A stretch of 64,000 nt of DNA from Chiloscyllium plagiosum. Its lineage: Eukaryota. Shown piece by piece: positions 12,645 to 25,693 of the stretch. The position numbers were made by a program, and so were the translations under genes. The notes beneath the pieces are model-generated. The model saw nothing but the letters and a program-made list of their open reading frames with translations. It was not told where the DNA came from and made no database searches. The DNA is taken from the NCBI RefSeq assembly GCF_004010195.1, contig NC_057720.1:17348179-17412178 (forward strand), in the 5' to 3' direction. Numbering within the stretch: the stretch's first letter is position 1; each line of letters begins with the position of its first letter.

Positions 12645-13347
12645 TCAATAATCCAAACGAAAGGAGTAGCCATGGGCACCCGCATGGGCCCCAGCTATGC
12701 CTGCCTCTTCGTAGGATATGTGGAACAATCCATCTTCCGCAACTACACTGGCCCCACCCCCCACCTTTTCCTCCGCTACATCGATGACTGTATCGGCGCC
12801 GCCTCGTGCTCCCACGAGGAGGTTGAACAGTTCATCCACTTCACCAACACCTTCCACCCCGACCTCAAATTCACCTGGACAGTCTCAGATTCCTCCCTCC
12901 CCTTCCTCGACCTTTCTATTTCCATCTCAGGCGACCAGATCAACACGGACATCTACTACAAACCGACCGACTCCCACAGCTAACTGGACTACACCTCCTC
13001 CCATCCTGCCCCCTGCAAAAACGCCATCCCATTCTCCCAATTCCTTCGACTCCGCCGCATCTGCTCCCAGGAGGACCAGTTCAAAATACGCACAACACAG
13101 ACGGCCTCCTTCTTCAAGGACCGCAATTTCCCCCCCAACGTGGTCGACGATGCCCTCCACCGCATCTCTTCCACATCCCGCTCCTCCGCCCTTGAGCCCC
13201 GCCCCTCCAAACCCCACCAGGACAGAACCCCACTGGCCCTCACCTACCACCCCACCAATCTCCATGTACAGCGCATCATCCGCCGTCACTTCCGCCACCT
13301 CCAAACAGACCCCAGCACCAAGGATATATTTCCCTCCCCTCCCCTAG
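12645..13347 (+). mobile_element. Penelope-like element RT fragment (young)
   Basis: QTKGVAMGTRMGPSYACLF...FLRYIDD...LPFLD...YYKPTDSHS is typical PLE RT; one in-frame TAA at 12981; CpGs largely retained. Confidence 0.9.
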
Positions 13348-13349
13348 TG

Positions 13350-14545
13350 GGGTTCTAGGATGGAGGTGGAGGAGATGCACTGGAAGGCATCGTCAACCAT
13401 GTGGGAGTGGCAATTGAAGAAGGAGGCCATGTGGGATGTTCGTTAGTGGAATTAGTGAACACCTTCCATCCCTACCTCAAGTTCATCTGGACCATCACAC
13501 TACCCTCCCCTTTCTGGACCCCTCCATCTCCATTTCCAGTAACTGACTTAACACTGACATCTACGACAAACCCACCAACTCCCACAGCTACCTGGACCAC
13601 ACCTCCCACCCTGCTTCCTGTAAAACCGCTATCCCTTATTCCCAATTCCTCCACCTCTGCTGCATTTGCTCACAGGAGGACCAATTCCACCACACAACAT
13701 CCCAGATGGCCCCCTTTTGAGACCGCAATTTCTCTTCCCATATGGTCGATGATGCCTTCTCCGCCCTTGAACCCCACCTCCCCCGCCCCAATTGCAACAA
13801 GGACAGACCCCCTGTGGTCCTCACCTTGCATCCAACCAACTTTCAGATACATTGCATCATCCTCCACCATTTCGGCCACACGGAAATATATTTTCTTTCC
13901 TGGCCCTATCTATGTTCCTGGGAGACAATTCTCTCCACAACAACTTGTTAGGTCCACTTCCCCCACCAACCCACCCACCCACCCTCCACTCCCAGCACCT
14001 TCCCCAGCCACCGCAAGAAGTGCAAAACCTGTGCCTACACCCCATCCCACTTTGTCCAAGGCCCCAAAGGATCCTTCCACATCTGGTAGATTTACCTGTA
14101 CGTCCACACATGTTGTCTACTGTGTCCATTGCTCTCTGTGGTCTCCTCTACATTGGGGACACAGGACGCTAACTTATGGAATGTTTCAGAGAACATCTCT
14201 GGGACAAAAAACATTCCCACCACCTTGCGGCCGAACACTTTAACTCCTCTTCCCATTCCGCCAAGGATATGCAAGAATGCCTCCTCTTCCACCTTGGAGA
14301 TCCTCCAACCACATGGGGTCAATGTGGATTTCACCAGTTTCCCCATTTCCCACCCTTTCCCTTGCCCCTCCTGCCCCCCAGATCCAACCTTCAATTATCT
14401 CTCAACCTCCTTGGACCACCCCTTCATTGCTGATGAAGAGCTCATGCTCAAAATGTCAACTCTCTTGCTCCTTGGATGTTACCTGACCGGCTGTGCTTTT
14501 CCAACAGCACACTCTCTTTTGCAGTCCTCACTTTCTCCTCCGTAA
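13350..14545 (+). mobile_element. Older Penelope-like element 3' part (RT thumb, GIY-YIG remnant, terminal repeat with decayed hammerhead), with a short 5' inversion
   Basis: FTCTSTHVVYCVHC...LYIGDTGR...CFREHL GIY-YIG remnant; 13360-13435 is the reverse complement of RT sequence; CTGATGA-A-GAGC-TCAT-GCTC-AAAA at 14430-14453. Confidence 0.85.
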
Positions 14546-16247
14546 GAGCAGGAAGGTAGAGTTTAAGGAAATGACAGCCATGTTCGGCACACAATGTTTG
14601 CATCTTCAGTAGACGTTGCAAAGTAGCACCAGAGGTAGTGGACAATTGGTAGTCTAATCAAAATAAGAACAGAAAATGTTCTTGAGAAATTTGTCTACAA
14701 TCAATAGCATTAAATCTCCTGGACCTGAGTGACCATCTGTATTCTGGGGTTTTAAAAAATTGCTGCATTGTTTCTATATAAACATGTTTATTAAATATGA
14801 TTAGGCTCTCTGGCCCCTCTAGTCTGTTTGAGCATTCAATAAGCTTGTGGTTGATTTTATTGTAATCGCAAATCCATGTTCCTGTCTACCTAAATATTTA
14901 TTTTAATCAACCTGGTCGGAGCTGGTACAAACGTTTCCAGACCCGATTGGATTTGAGCACAAGACATTCCGATCTAGAAGAGAGGAGACTACAACTGCAA
15001 CATAAGAGCCAACCACCTATCTCTGGTAATCTTACGCCCCCTTAAGAATTTATCCATCTATGTTGTTTAAAAAAAATTAAGGACTCTGCCTCCATACTCC
15101 TTTCAAAAATCGTTTAGTCTTTTCTATATTTTAAATGGCTGGCCTTTTTTCTTGAAAAGCAGTTGTAGTCATACTGCATGGAAACAGACCCTTAATTCAC
15201 CTTGTCCGCACTGACCAGATGTCCCAATCTGACCTTAACCTTTGCTATTCATCCAGGTGCCTTTTAAAGGTTGTCATTGTACCCAACCCCTCCATTTCCT
15301 CTGGCGGCTTATTCCATACGTGCACCAGGCTGTATGTGAAAATTACCTCTTCAGGCTTTCTTTAGATTGTGCCCTTCTCACCTTTAACTTCTGCCCTCTA
15401 CTTTTGGTCTCACCACCTGAGGGAAAAAAATGACTAATCATCTTATCCATACCCCTCGTGATCTTATGAACCTCTAATGTCACCCCTCAGTCTCCAATGC
15501 TTCAGACGCTCCTTTATAACTCCAGTCTTTCAGTGCAGACAGTGCCTTTGTAAATCTTTTCTGCACTTCCTCAAATTTAACAGCATCCTTCCTATAGACC
15601 AGAATTGTATGCAGTATTCCAAAAGTTGCCCCACCAATGTCCTATAAAACTGCAACATGATGTCCCAACTGCTATACTCCGCACTGACCAATGAAGGCAA
15701 GCACGCCAAAGACCATCCTGTTTATCTGTGATGCCACTTTGAAGGAAGTATGCACTAGGTCTCTTTGGCATCACTCCCTAGGGCCCTACCCATTGACTTG
15801 TGCAAGTGCTGCCTAGGTTTGCTTTAAAAAGATGCAATGCCTCACATTTATCAAAATTAATCCATCTGCCATTCCTCAGTCCACTGGCCCATCTGACTGA
15901 GGTGCAGTGTCACCTGAGATAATCATCTTCACCTCCACTGTGCCATGCATTTTGGTGTCATCTGCAAACTTAGTAACCATACCTCCTCTGTTTGCATCCA
16001 ATTCATTGAAATAAATGACAAAAAGCAGTAGGCACTGCACTAATCTTTGTGGCACACTGCTGGTCACGGGCATCCAGTCTGAAAAATAACCTTGCACCAA
16101 CACTCTGGCTTGACTGCAGGAGATAATTTGTATCACCCTAACAAATACATAATGTCTCTGAACATATTATCTCATTTTTGAAGGTCTCCCACTTCCTAGC
16201 CATCCCTTTACCTGTGAGTAGTCTCCCCAATCAACTTTTCAATGTTC

Positions 16248-16560
16248 CGGCACGGTGGCACTGTGGTTAGCACTGCTGCCAGACAGCAGCAGAGACCCGG
16301 GTTCAATTCTCGCCTCAGGCAACTGTCTGTGTGGAGTTTGTGCATTCTCCCTGTGTCTGCGTGGGTTTCTTCCGGGTGCTCTGGTTTCCTCCCACAATCC
16401 AAAGATGTGCAGGTTAGGTGAATTGGCCATGCTAAGTTGCCCATAATGTTAGGTGAAGGGGTAAATGTAGGGGAATGGGTCTGGGTGGGTTGCTCTTCGG
16501 AGGGTCGGTGTGAACTTGTTGGGCTGAAGGGCCTGTTTCCACACTGTGAGTAATCTAAAA
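16248..16560 (+). mobile_element. HE1-like V-SINE
   Basis: GGCACGGTGGCACTGTGGTTAGC head, GGTTCAATTC B-box, V-domain, TAATCTAAAA tail. Confidence 0.9.
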
Positions 16561-17280
16561 AAACCATCAAAACTGGGCTTACCCCAATTTAGAACTTTTT
16601 GATAAATTATATCCTTCTCCATAAGTATTTTAAAATGAATCAAATTATGATCACTTGCCCCAAAGTGCTCCCCCATTGAAACTTCGGTCATTTGCCCTAA
16701 TACAGTCTCAGCAAGGTGATCATCCCTTTCTTATTTCTCTGTTACACCTATTTAAGTTCTTGATTTAAGTTTTCTCCATATCTGATCTGTCAAAATCCCT
16801 TGTGGTCTGATGTTTCAATTAATGTGCCTTTTACTCTTTGAAAAGCCAGTAGATATAAGCTCACCCTGTCCAACAGTTCCACATAAGACAACCTGCCCAG
16901 CCCAGTATTAGTGTCTTAAATCTTCTTTGAGTTATCTCCAATGCATTTACATTCTCTGTTTAAATAGAGATCAATACTGTACATAGTGCTGTATAACTGA
17001 AGTATAACCACCTTCCTGCATTCAGTTCTCTTCATGATAAATAATATTGTTTGATCTTTCTTAGTTATGCCTTGTATACTAGCATTTTGCAATTCATTCA
17101 TGCATTTGGACATGTACCCAGATCCTTCTCCATTTCCAATCTCTGCAACTTCTGACTGTTTGGATTGAATGCTTTTTAATTCCTGCTGCTAAAATCATTT
17201 TCTCATTTTTCCAGAGTATACTTCATTTGCTACACCTTTGCCCACTCTCATTAAGTTAACATATTTATTGTTTTTTTTTA

Positions 17281-17385
17281 GAAGATTTGTAGCTCAGGTT
17301 GGTAAGTGTGTAAGTGTGAACTTGAAGGTTTGTTTTCAGACGTTTCATCACCATACTAGGTATCATAATCAGTGAGTTTCTGGTG
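17281..17385 (-). mobile_element. Second family of Penelope-type terminal repeat with decayed hammerhead
   Basis: Minus strand CTGATTA-TGATACCTAGTATGGTGAT-GAAACGTC-TG at about 17337-17372. Confidence 0.55.
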
Positions 17386-17863
17386 AACCTATTTATATTT
17401 GTACGTAGGCTCTTTTGTCATTTTCACGACTTGCCTTCCTACCTATCTTTGTATCAATGGAAAATTTGTAAACCGTGTTTTTCATCCCTTCATTCCAGTC
17501 ACTAGTATAGATTTAAGAGTTGAGGTCCTGGCACTGACCACTGTGGCATACCTCTTCTACATCTTACCAATTTGAAAAGACCTATAAAAGTTTTTGCTGC
17601 CTCCTGTTTGCTTGACAATCTTCCATCCATGTCTATATGCTCCCATCCACTCCATAAGCTTTTTCCATAATAACCTTGGTGGCACCTTTTATCAAGTGCC
17701 TTCTAGAAATCCAAGATTAGGACATGCAGTGGTCCTCCTTAATCCATAGCATGTGTTACCATCTCCACGAATTTCAGTAGATTGGTCAAGCATGATTTTT
17801 CTTTCACAATATGTTGATTTTTGCCTGACAGCCTGTGATATATCTAAGTTCCCTGCTGTCACT

Positions 17864-18447
17864 TAGAGTCATAGAGATGTACAGTATGGAAACAGACCCT
17901 TTGGTCCAACACGTTCATGCGGACCAGATATCCCAACCCAATCTAGTCCCATCTGCCAGCACCTGGCCCATATCCCTCCAAACCCTTCCTATTCGTATAC
18001 CCATCCAAATGCCTTTAAATTCCACCAGCCTCCACCACATCCTCTGGCAGCTCATTCCATACCCATGCCACCCTCTGCATGAAAAAGTTGCCCCTTAGGT
18101 CTTTTTTATATCTTTCCCCTCTCGTCCTAATCCTAAGCCCTCTAGTTCTGGACTCCACAACCCCAGGGAAAAGACTTTGCCTATTTATCCTATCCATGCC
18201 CTTCATAATTTTGTAAACCTCTATAAGGTCACCCCTCAGCCTCCGACGCTCCAGGGAAAACAGCCCCAGCCTGTTCAGCCTCTCCCTGTAGCTCAGATCC
18301 TCCAACCCTGGCAACATCCTTGTTATGAACCTGCACTCCAAGGTCTCTTTGTTCAGCAACACTCCCTAGGACCTTACCATTAAGTGTATAAGTCCTACTA
18401 AGATTTGCTTTCCCAAAATGCAGCACCTCACATTTATCTGAATTAAA
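17864..18447 (-). mobile_element. Young CR1-clade (HER1-like) LINE 3' end with internal deletion
   Basis: RMLPGLEDLSYRERLNRLGLFSLERRRLRGDLIEVYKI and (CTCTATGA) tail; near-identical to 31627-32452. Confidence 0.9.
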
Positions 18448-18469
18448 CAGATGTTAAGCTAACTATTCT

Positions 18470-20560
18470 GCAGTTTTCTCTTTCGAGATTCTAAAATGGT
18501 CCTCTGCAAGGTAGTAAATTAATCCTGCTGTTCAAGAAAGGTAATGGATTTTAAAGAAAGGAATTGTAGCCCAGGTAGCCTGACAGTAGGGGGGAGAATG
18601 CTAGAATTGATCATTGTGTTAGGGTACTTAGCTGATTAGTCAGAATCTATCATTTTTACGAAAGATAAATAGGATTTGACAATTTTTTTTTTGAAATGGG
18701 GCAACTGGTACATGTCATATAGTTGGATTTTCTGATGCCATTCATTAAAGAGCTGCACACAACACCTTATAAGAGCTATTGAAAGGGATTGTGAAAGGAA
18801 AATTACAAGGTAAATCAAAATCAAAAATCAATCAAATTTTATTGTTATATAATGGGAAAACAGGTGGTCAGGAGCAGTGTGTTGGCACACTAAACTGGAA
18901 GTGGGGATGTTGTCAATGACTTTGGGGAAATGACAGACATGTTGGATGATGATCATAACTTTGCCTCAGCATTTACTGGGAGTCCCAAGGAAATGAATAA
19001 TAGGAGGGCACTGAACAAAATTAGTGTAAGTAAACATTGGTAATGAGGAAATAAATGGAATTCAAGAGTGACAAAACCCCAGGAACTGACACCTTCCATT
19101 TAAAGGTGTTATAAAAGCACTTTATGGTGACGGCAACTACAATGTTTCAGAGATCCCTGTGTACAGGAGTTATCCCTCTGGATTAGAAAGTTGTACCTGT
19201 TACTCTGATATTTAAGGGGGAAAGAGGAAAACCAGGGAATTACAGTCCAGCTAGCCTAACATCTGTGACAGTGAAGTTGTTGGCATCTATAATCAAGAAT
19301 GGGTAACTGATTTACCTTTCAGTTAATCAGAGACCCAGTACGGATTCATGGCAGGTAGATTGTGTCTGACAAACATCAATGATTTTTTGATTGAAGAGGT
19401 GACATAAGGTAGTGGACAGGCGAGTGTCTTTCCATATTGTTTATATGGACTTCTAGAAGGTCTTGATTAAACACTCTTATAAGAGACTATTGGACTTGTT
19501 GGGCCAAAGGGCCTGTTTCCATAGGTAGGGAATCTAATCTAATCTAGCTCAGGTGGAAGCCCGCAGAATTGAGAGCAAATTACTGACCTGGCTATGAAAT
19601 TCATTAACTGGCAAGTATCAGAAAGAAGGGATAATGGGTAGGTACTCAGATTGGCAGGATGTGACTGGTGGTGACCCACAAGAATCTATTATGGCTTCAG
19701 TTGCATAGATCTTTCAAAATATTATGAGCAGGTGCAGAAAATAATCAAGGCGGCTAATGGAATGCTGATCTTTATATCTAGAGGACTGGATTACAAGGAT
19801 GATTAAGTTATACTGTAGTTGTACAAACCCTGATTAAACTCCACTTGGAGTACTGAGAGCAGATCTGGGCTTTACCATACCTTGGGTAAGGTAAGGGTAA
19901 AGTCACCGTAGTCTCAGCAGGTCATAGGGCTGCTTGGGAGAGAAAGATAATTGGTGGCTTAACCTGAGGGTCATGTCAGGCGAGGGGAGAGGTTGAGAAG
20001 AATCTTTCATGGTCACCTCAGCTGCTGCAGGGATTGAACCCAGGTTGTTGACGTCACTCCACATTACAAACCAGCCCGCCAACCAACTGAGCTAAACCAA
20101 CCACCCCTTAAGAAATGTATATTGACCTTGCAAGTACAATGTAGGTTTACAAGAATGCAACCTAGACTGCAGGGGTTATGTTAGGAGGAGAGATTATATT
20201 AATTAAGCCTGTTGTTTCTAGAATTTGAAAGAATAAGGGATGATCTGATTGAAGTCTTCAAGGTAGTAACAAAAAGGCAGGGTAGATAAAGCTAAACTAT
20301 TTCCACTGGTTGGGGATTCTAGAGCTGGATGGGGCACACCATTCAGATGGAATGAAAAGCTGGTCTGCACACAATGGGTGATAGATATTTGGAACTTACT
20401 TCCACAGATGATGATGGATGCAAGAACGGTTGTCAATTTTAAAATCTGAGACATTTTAGATAACCTCTTGTTATCCATTAGCATTAAGGGGTATGGGCCA
20501 AAGATAGGTATGTGGAGTTAGGCTGCAGACTTGAGGCTGAACAGTCTATTGCTTTTCCTA
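18470..20560 (+). mobile_element. Degraded CR1-clade LINE hosting a SINE tail (19490-19545) and a tRNA-derived SINE (19885-20105, minus)
   Basis: PGNYSPASLTS/QYGF/YMDF remnants; the minus strand at 20100 reads TGGTTTAGCTCAGTTGG...GGGTTCAATCCC (Pol III A/B boxes). Confidence 0.65.
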
Positions 20561-22798
20561 TGTTTGTACAAGGTTATTGGGAAGCTGCCATCACTTTCTA
20601 AGACAGCTCCACTTTAGACAGGTTTGGGATTAGCATTTAAGAGCAATATGTAGTAATCAATACTACAGTAATTTGTTTTCAGTTCATTGACCTTCGATCA
20701 CTATACAGCTGTGATTTCCCAAACCTGAAATTTAATTTGGCGGTGCGGAACCTCTGAGCAACTGCATGGCCTGGAGGGTACGCTGATTTATAATTGAGAT
20801 TGTTTAGGAGAAGCCTGAGGGTAAAATGAAGGCAATCATGAGATCTATCTGGGATTGAAGTGCGAAGTTAGAGGTGGGATTTTCTAAAGCTGCTGGAGAA
20901 AAGCTATTTGCAAATAGCTTATGTGTTTGCGATTAAAGAGTGCCCAAATCGCATGACTGGGACAAAGATGTTTATGCTTCGATACCATGGCAGCAACCTG
21001 TGTGCTAACGGTGGAAAGACTGAGACTGCAAAGTCCCAGAGATATGATGAGGATATCCAGTTGTAAGCAGTTGTGCTTTAAACGATCCGTGTTCAAAGAT
21101 GTGGAGTTTGGGTGCCTTCCCAGCAACATCTGTATTTGAATGCTATTCCAGTGTGATTGACATTGCTGTGGTGATGGGCTAGGGGAAGGGAAAGGTACAG
21201 TGAAAGCTATTGCGATGTCAGTTACAGCTTTCCTAAAATAGTTTCACAGGTTAGTCTGCCAGGCTTTCTGGTGGGAATTGAGAGCAGCTATAAACCCAAA
21301 AGCCTCGCCAGAATATGAATGGGAACTTGTGCTTAGATTGAAAGCAACAAACCTGAGTTAAAATTTAGCTTGGCAAATCTTCCAGCTTATGCTAGAGGGA
21401 AAACTTCCAGTAATAGTCTCGATATAAGATGATCCTGCAGTAAATCATGTTTTGTTTGCTGGATGTGAGTATCACTGGCCTGGCCATCATTTATTGTCCA
21501 TTTCTAATTCCGTAGAGAGTACTTAAGAATCAACTACTTGGCTGTGGATTTGGAGTCACACATAGGCTGGACCAGGTAAGAACAGTAGATTTGCTTTCTT
21601 AAAGGACATTACTGAGCCAGATAGGTTTTCACAATTCCCTGCGTTTATGTGGGTGCCATTAGGCTAGATTTCTATTTATAAATTGTATCAATTCAAATTT
21701 CTGCTGTTTGCATGGTGGGATAAGAGCTCATTCCCCTAGACTATTAAACTGGGATTACTAGTCCATTACCATTTATGTCATCGCCTCCCTTTCAAAGTGT
21801 TTTTTCAATAGTGGTTCTAGTTTGTTGTAGTAGAATTAAAACATGAGCTCTTCTCATTCCTTCCAGCTGCCAAAAGGAAGTTTTTTTTAAAAAAAGAAAG
21901 AAGTTCTGAGGTCTCTAGGGGACTCTAGCACAAGCAGAGATCAAGGATTAGGTAATGGACAGAAATTTAAGGGCAGAAATAAATAGATTTTCCAGGTGCA
22001 GAATTTAACTATATGGAGTGCAGTCAGGAATAGCACTTGGACCTGGCTGTTGAGAATTGATGTCATCAATTTAGAGAGGACAAAATCTAACAAAGTTTGC
22101 TAATGATACAAAGCTAGATGGGAAGATGAACACTTGAGGCAGCAAAGACATAATAGACCAGTTAAGATTTGTTGAATAGTTGTATTATGAGGGCAAAGTG
22201 AATTCTGAATTTTGGGAAGGGCAGAATTTTTATTTTTAAAGAAATACACCTCTCAATATTTGGAGCTCAAGGACACCCAAATCCTCAATCAAAATTTGGC
22301 TGTCACAGGGAATTGGTATTCAAATGCTGCCTTTGATTTGGGTTTTCCAACTAGGAGCATCAGCATCTGCATTTTTGCTTAATCTGGAATTGAAACTGAG
22401 TAAGTTTGCCTGCCCATTGGATCTTTTATTCTAGCTTGGCAGAGGTTAGAAAATAGTTGAGTAATTTGTCTGTGAAACCGTAACTCTACACTGATCAGAA
22501 TGTCTCTGACCTTCTGAAAAAGTCTCCTTTATGAAGCTCTAGCTGCCAGCTTTATTTGAGAGACTGTATTTTTCCATTTGAGAATATAGACTGAAGTGGA
22601 AGTTGGATTGCAATAAATAGAAGACCAGGGAAGTTTTCCAACCTGAAAATCTATAGCTGCATATTTGAGTTGTGTAGCACAATATTTTTTGAAATGGTGA
22701 GAGGGACCATTCAAGCCTAAGTGGCAGTGAGAGTCTTTTGAGTTCAGGAGTTTCTGCCTGCCAGCAGCCCTCTGACCTAATGAGTGTTAAAAGATTAT

Positions 22799-22926
22799 AG
22801 GTAAAAACAATGACTGCAGATGCTGGAAACCAGATTCTGGATTAGTGGTGCTGGAAGAGCACAGCAGTTCAGGCAGCATCCAAGGAGCAGTAAAATCGAT
22901 GTTTCGGGCAAAAGCCCCTCAGGATG
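22799..22926 (-). mobile_element. Short Penelope-derived element, hammerhead core with small deletion
   Basis: Minus strand CCTGA-GGGGCTTTTGCCC-GAAACATC; 9-bp TSD AAAGATTAT at 22790-22798 and 22927-22935. Confidence 0.8.
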
Positions 22927-23262
22927 AAAGATTATGCCAGAGCAGCAAGAGAAGAACATCCAGAGCTTGTAGACAGAGAGCATCGTCTCTTTTGCTTGCT
23001 TTCTGTGTGGAAAAGACAAAAACCAAGAAAGCTTGAAAGCTAATATTAACTGTAAAAGACCCAGGTCCAGCTGATCAATCATGTAATCGAAGAATGAATG
23101 AAAATCACCCTACAGACAACTGCAGATGTGGATTGCTAAAATCATAAAGACTTAAAAAAAAACTTCACCTTTTTTATTTAGACCTTTTGGTTTTTGGAGT
23201 TCAGTTTACCCTGTCTGTGTGCCCAAATTAAATTTGTTCAATTGTTTCTGTTTTGATCATGA

Positions 23263-23481
23263 GGTAAAAACAATGACTGCAGATGCTGGAAACCAGATTC
23301 TGGATTAGTGGTGCTGGAAGAGCACAGCAATTCAGGCAGCATCCAAGGAGCTTAGAAATCGACGTTTCGGGCAAAAGCCCTTCCTCCTGATGAAGGGCTT
23401 TTGCCCGAAACGTCGATTTCGAAGCTCCTTGGATGCTGCCTGAACTGCTGTGCTCTTCCAGCGCCACTAATCCAGAATCTG
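23263..23481. mobile_element. Fold-back Penelope-derived element with intact plus-strand hammerhead
   Basis: Inverted arms 23294-23383 and 23392-23481; CTGATGA 23387-23393, stem GGGC/GCCC, GAAACGTC 23407-23414; direct repeat TCTGTTTTGATCATGA at 23247-23262 and 23478-23493. Confidence 0.85.
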
Positions 23482-25574
23482 TTTTGATCATGATCAAGTG
23501 TATTTGGAGTTTTCAAATGGGTCGAGTTCAAGTTGTGCAGTACTTAAAATCTTTTGTTTTTACCAAAGTTGTCTGTTACAATAGTTATTTCTTGTTCACT
23601 GATAAAGCCTGAGTTAGCTGAGCAAATTGCTCATTTTTAGTTCGTTGGGATTTTTTATATTTATACATTTGTGAAGCATTGACGCTTCTTCTCACTTAAG
23701 TTATTGATGTACTGGAGTTGAGTCATAGTTGTACAGCACGGAAACAAACCCTTTGGTCCAACTCATCCATGTCGACCAGATATCCTAACCTGTTGGTAAG
23801 GGATGATATTCAGTCGCTTGCGTGGGGGGACCTAGAATCAGGGGATGTAGCGTCAGTATGGATAGAGCTGAGAAATACTAAGGGTAGAAAGACCTTCTTG
23901 GGAGTTATCTACAGGCCCCCAAACAGTAGTATGGATGTAGGGTGTAAGTTGAATCAGGAGCTGAAATTGGCCTGTCGTGAAGATGTTACTACAGTTGTTA
24001 TGGGGGATTTCAACATGCAAGTAGACTGGGAGAATCAGGATGGTATTGAACCTCAAGAAAGAGACTTTGTGGAGTGCCTCCGAGATGTATTCTTANNNNN
24101 NNNNNNNNNNNNNNNNNNNNNNNNNNNNNNNNNNNNNNNNNNNNNNNNNNNNNNNNNNNNNNNNNNNNNNNNNNNNNNNNNNNNNNNNNNNNNNNNNNNN
24201 NNNNNNNNNNNNNNNNNNNNNNNNNNNNNNNNNNNNNNNNNNNNNNNNNNNNNNNNNNNNNNNNNNNNNNNNNNNNNNNNNNNNNNNNNNNNNNNNNNNN
24301 NNNNNNNNNNNNNNNNNNNNNNNNNNNNNNNNNNNNNNNNNNNNNNNNNNNNNNNNNNNNNNNNNNNNNNNNNNNNNNNNNNNNNNNNNNNNNNNNNNNN
24401 NNNNNNNNNNNNNNNNNNNNNNNNNNNNNNNNNNNNNNNNNNNNNNNNNNNNNNNNNNNNNNNNNNNNNNNNNNNNNNNNNNNNNNNNNNNNNNNNNNNN
24501 NNNNNNNNNNNNNNNNNNNNNNNNNNNNNNNNNNNNNNNNNNNNNNNNNNNNNNNNNNNNNNNNNNNNNNNNNNNNNNNNNNNNNNNNNNNNNNNNNNNN
24601 NNNNNNNNNNNNNNNNNNNNNNNNNNNNNNNNNNNNNNNNNNNNNNNNNNNNNNNNNNNNNNNNNNNNNNNNNNNNNNNNNNNNNNNNNNNNNNNNNNNN
24701 NNNNNNNNNNNNNNNNNNNNNNNNNNNNNNNNNNNNNNNNNNNNNNNNNNNNNNNNNNNNNNNNNNNNNNNNNNNNNNNNNNNNNGGATCAGTTCCTGCA
24801 GATTGGAGGGTGGCTAATGTTGTCCCACTTTTTAAGAAAGGATGGAGAGAGAAAACAGAATTATAGACCAGTTAGTCTGACCTCAGTGTTGGGAAAGATG
24901 CTGGAGTCAATTATAAAGGATGAAATTACGACACATCTGGATAGCAGTAACAGGATAGGTCAGAGTCAGCATAGATTTATGAAGGAGAAATCATGCTTGA
25001 CTAATCTTCTGGAATTTTTTGAGGATGTAACTCTGAAGATGGACAAGGGAGATCCAGTGGATGTAGTGTATCTGGACTTTCAGAAAGCCTTTGATAAAGT
25101 CCCACATTGGAGGTTGGTGAGCAAAATTAGGGTGCATGGTATTGGGGACAAAGTACTGACTTTGATTGAAAATTGGTTGGCTGACAAGAAACAAAGTAGT
25201 GATAAACTGCTCCCTTTCGGAATGGCAGGCGGTGACCAGTGGGGTACTGCAGGGATCAGTGCTGGCACCACAGCTTTTTACAATATATATTAATGATATA
25301 GAAAATGGTATTAATAATAACATTAGCAAATTTGCTGATGATACAAAGCTGGGTGGCAGGGTGAAATGTGAGAAGGAGGTTAGGAGATTACAGGGTGACC
25401 TGGACAGGTTAGGTGAGGACAGATGCATGGCAGATGCAGTTTAATGTGGATAAATGTATGGTTATCCACTTTGGTGGCAAGAACAGATTAGATTAGATTA
25501 GACTTGCAGCAATCGAAAGAAAAGGAAGTGAATCCGGGAGGGACAGACTCTGGAAACGTTTGTGCAGATGTGTC

Positions 25575-25682
25575 TCAATTGGCAAAATAGACAGGCAGGA
25601 GGCTGGAAGAACACCGCAAACCAGGCAGCTTCAGGAGATGGAGAAGTTGACGTTTCGGGTGTATCCCTTCTTCGGGACTGGG
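25575..25682 (-). mobile_element. Third family of Penelope-type terminal repeat with hammerhead-like core
   Basis: Minus strand CCGAAGA-A-GGG-ATACA-CCC-GAAACGTC (about 25649-25675); a decayed relative lies at about 35848-35937 (+). Confidence 0.6.
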
Positions 25683-25693
25683 GACGTGTGTAG

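Larger units (their letters stand above)
15160..17830 (-). mobile_element. Degraded CR1-clade LINE fragments
   Basis: Minus-strand VTSSVPQ...KFADDTK (ORF 15876-16136), GEHFGASDHN (APE remnant, ORF 16449-16691) and CR1 3' tail. Confidence 0.75.

Noticed and set aside
12718..14243. Pro/Ser/Thr-rich ORFs of 209 and 280 aa and their antisense ORFs
   Set aside because: Alternative frames of C-rich Penelope sequence.
22799..23481. Closely spaced near-identical repeats with intervening sequence, superficially CRISPR-like
   Set aside because: Eukaryotic context, irregular spacing, individual TSDs and no cas genes.
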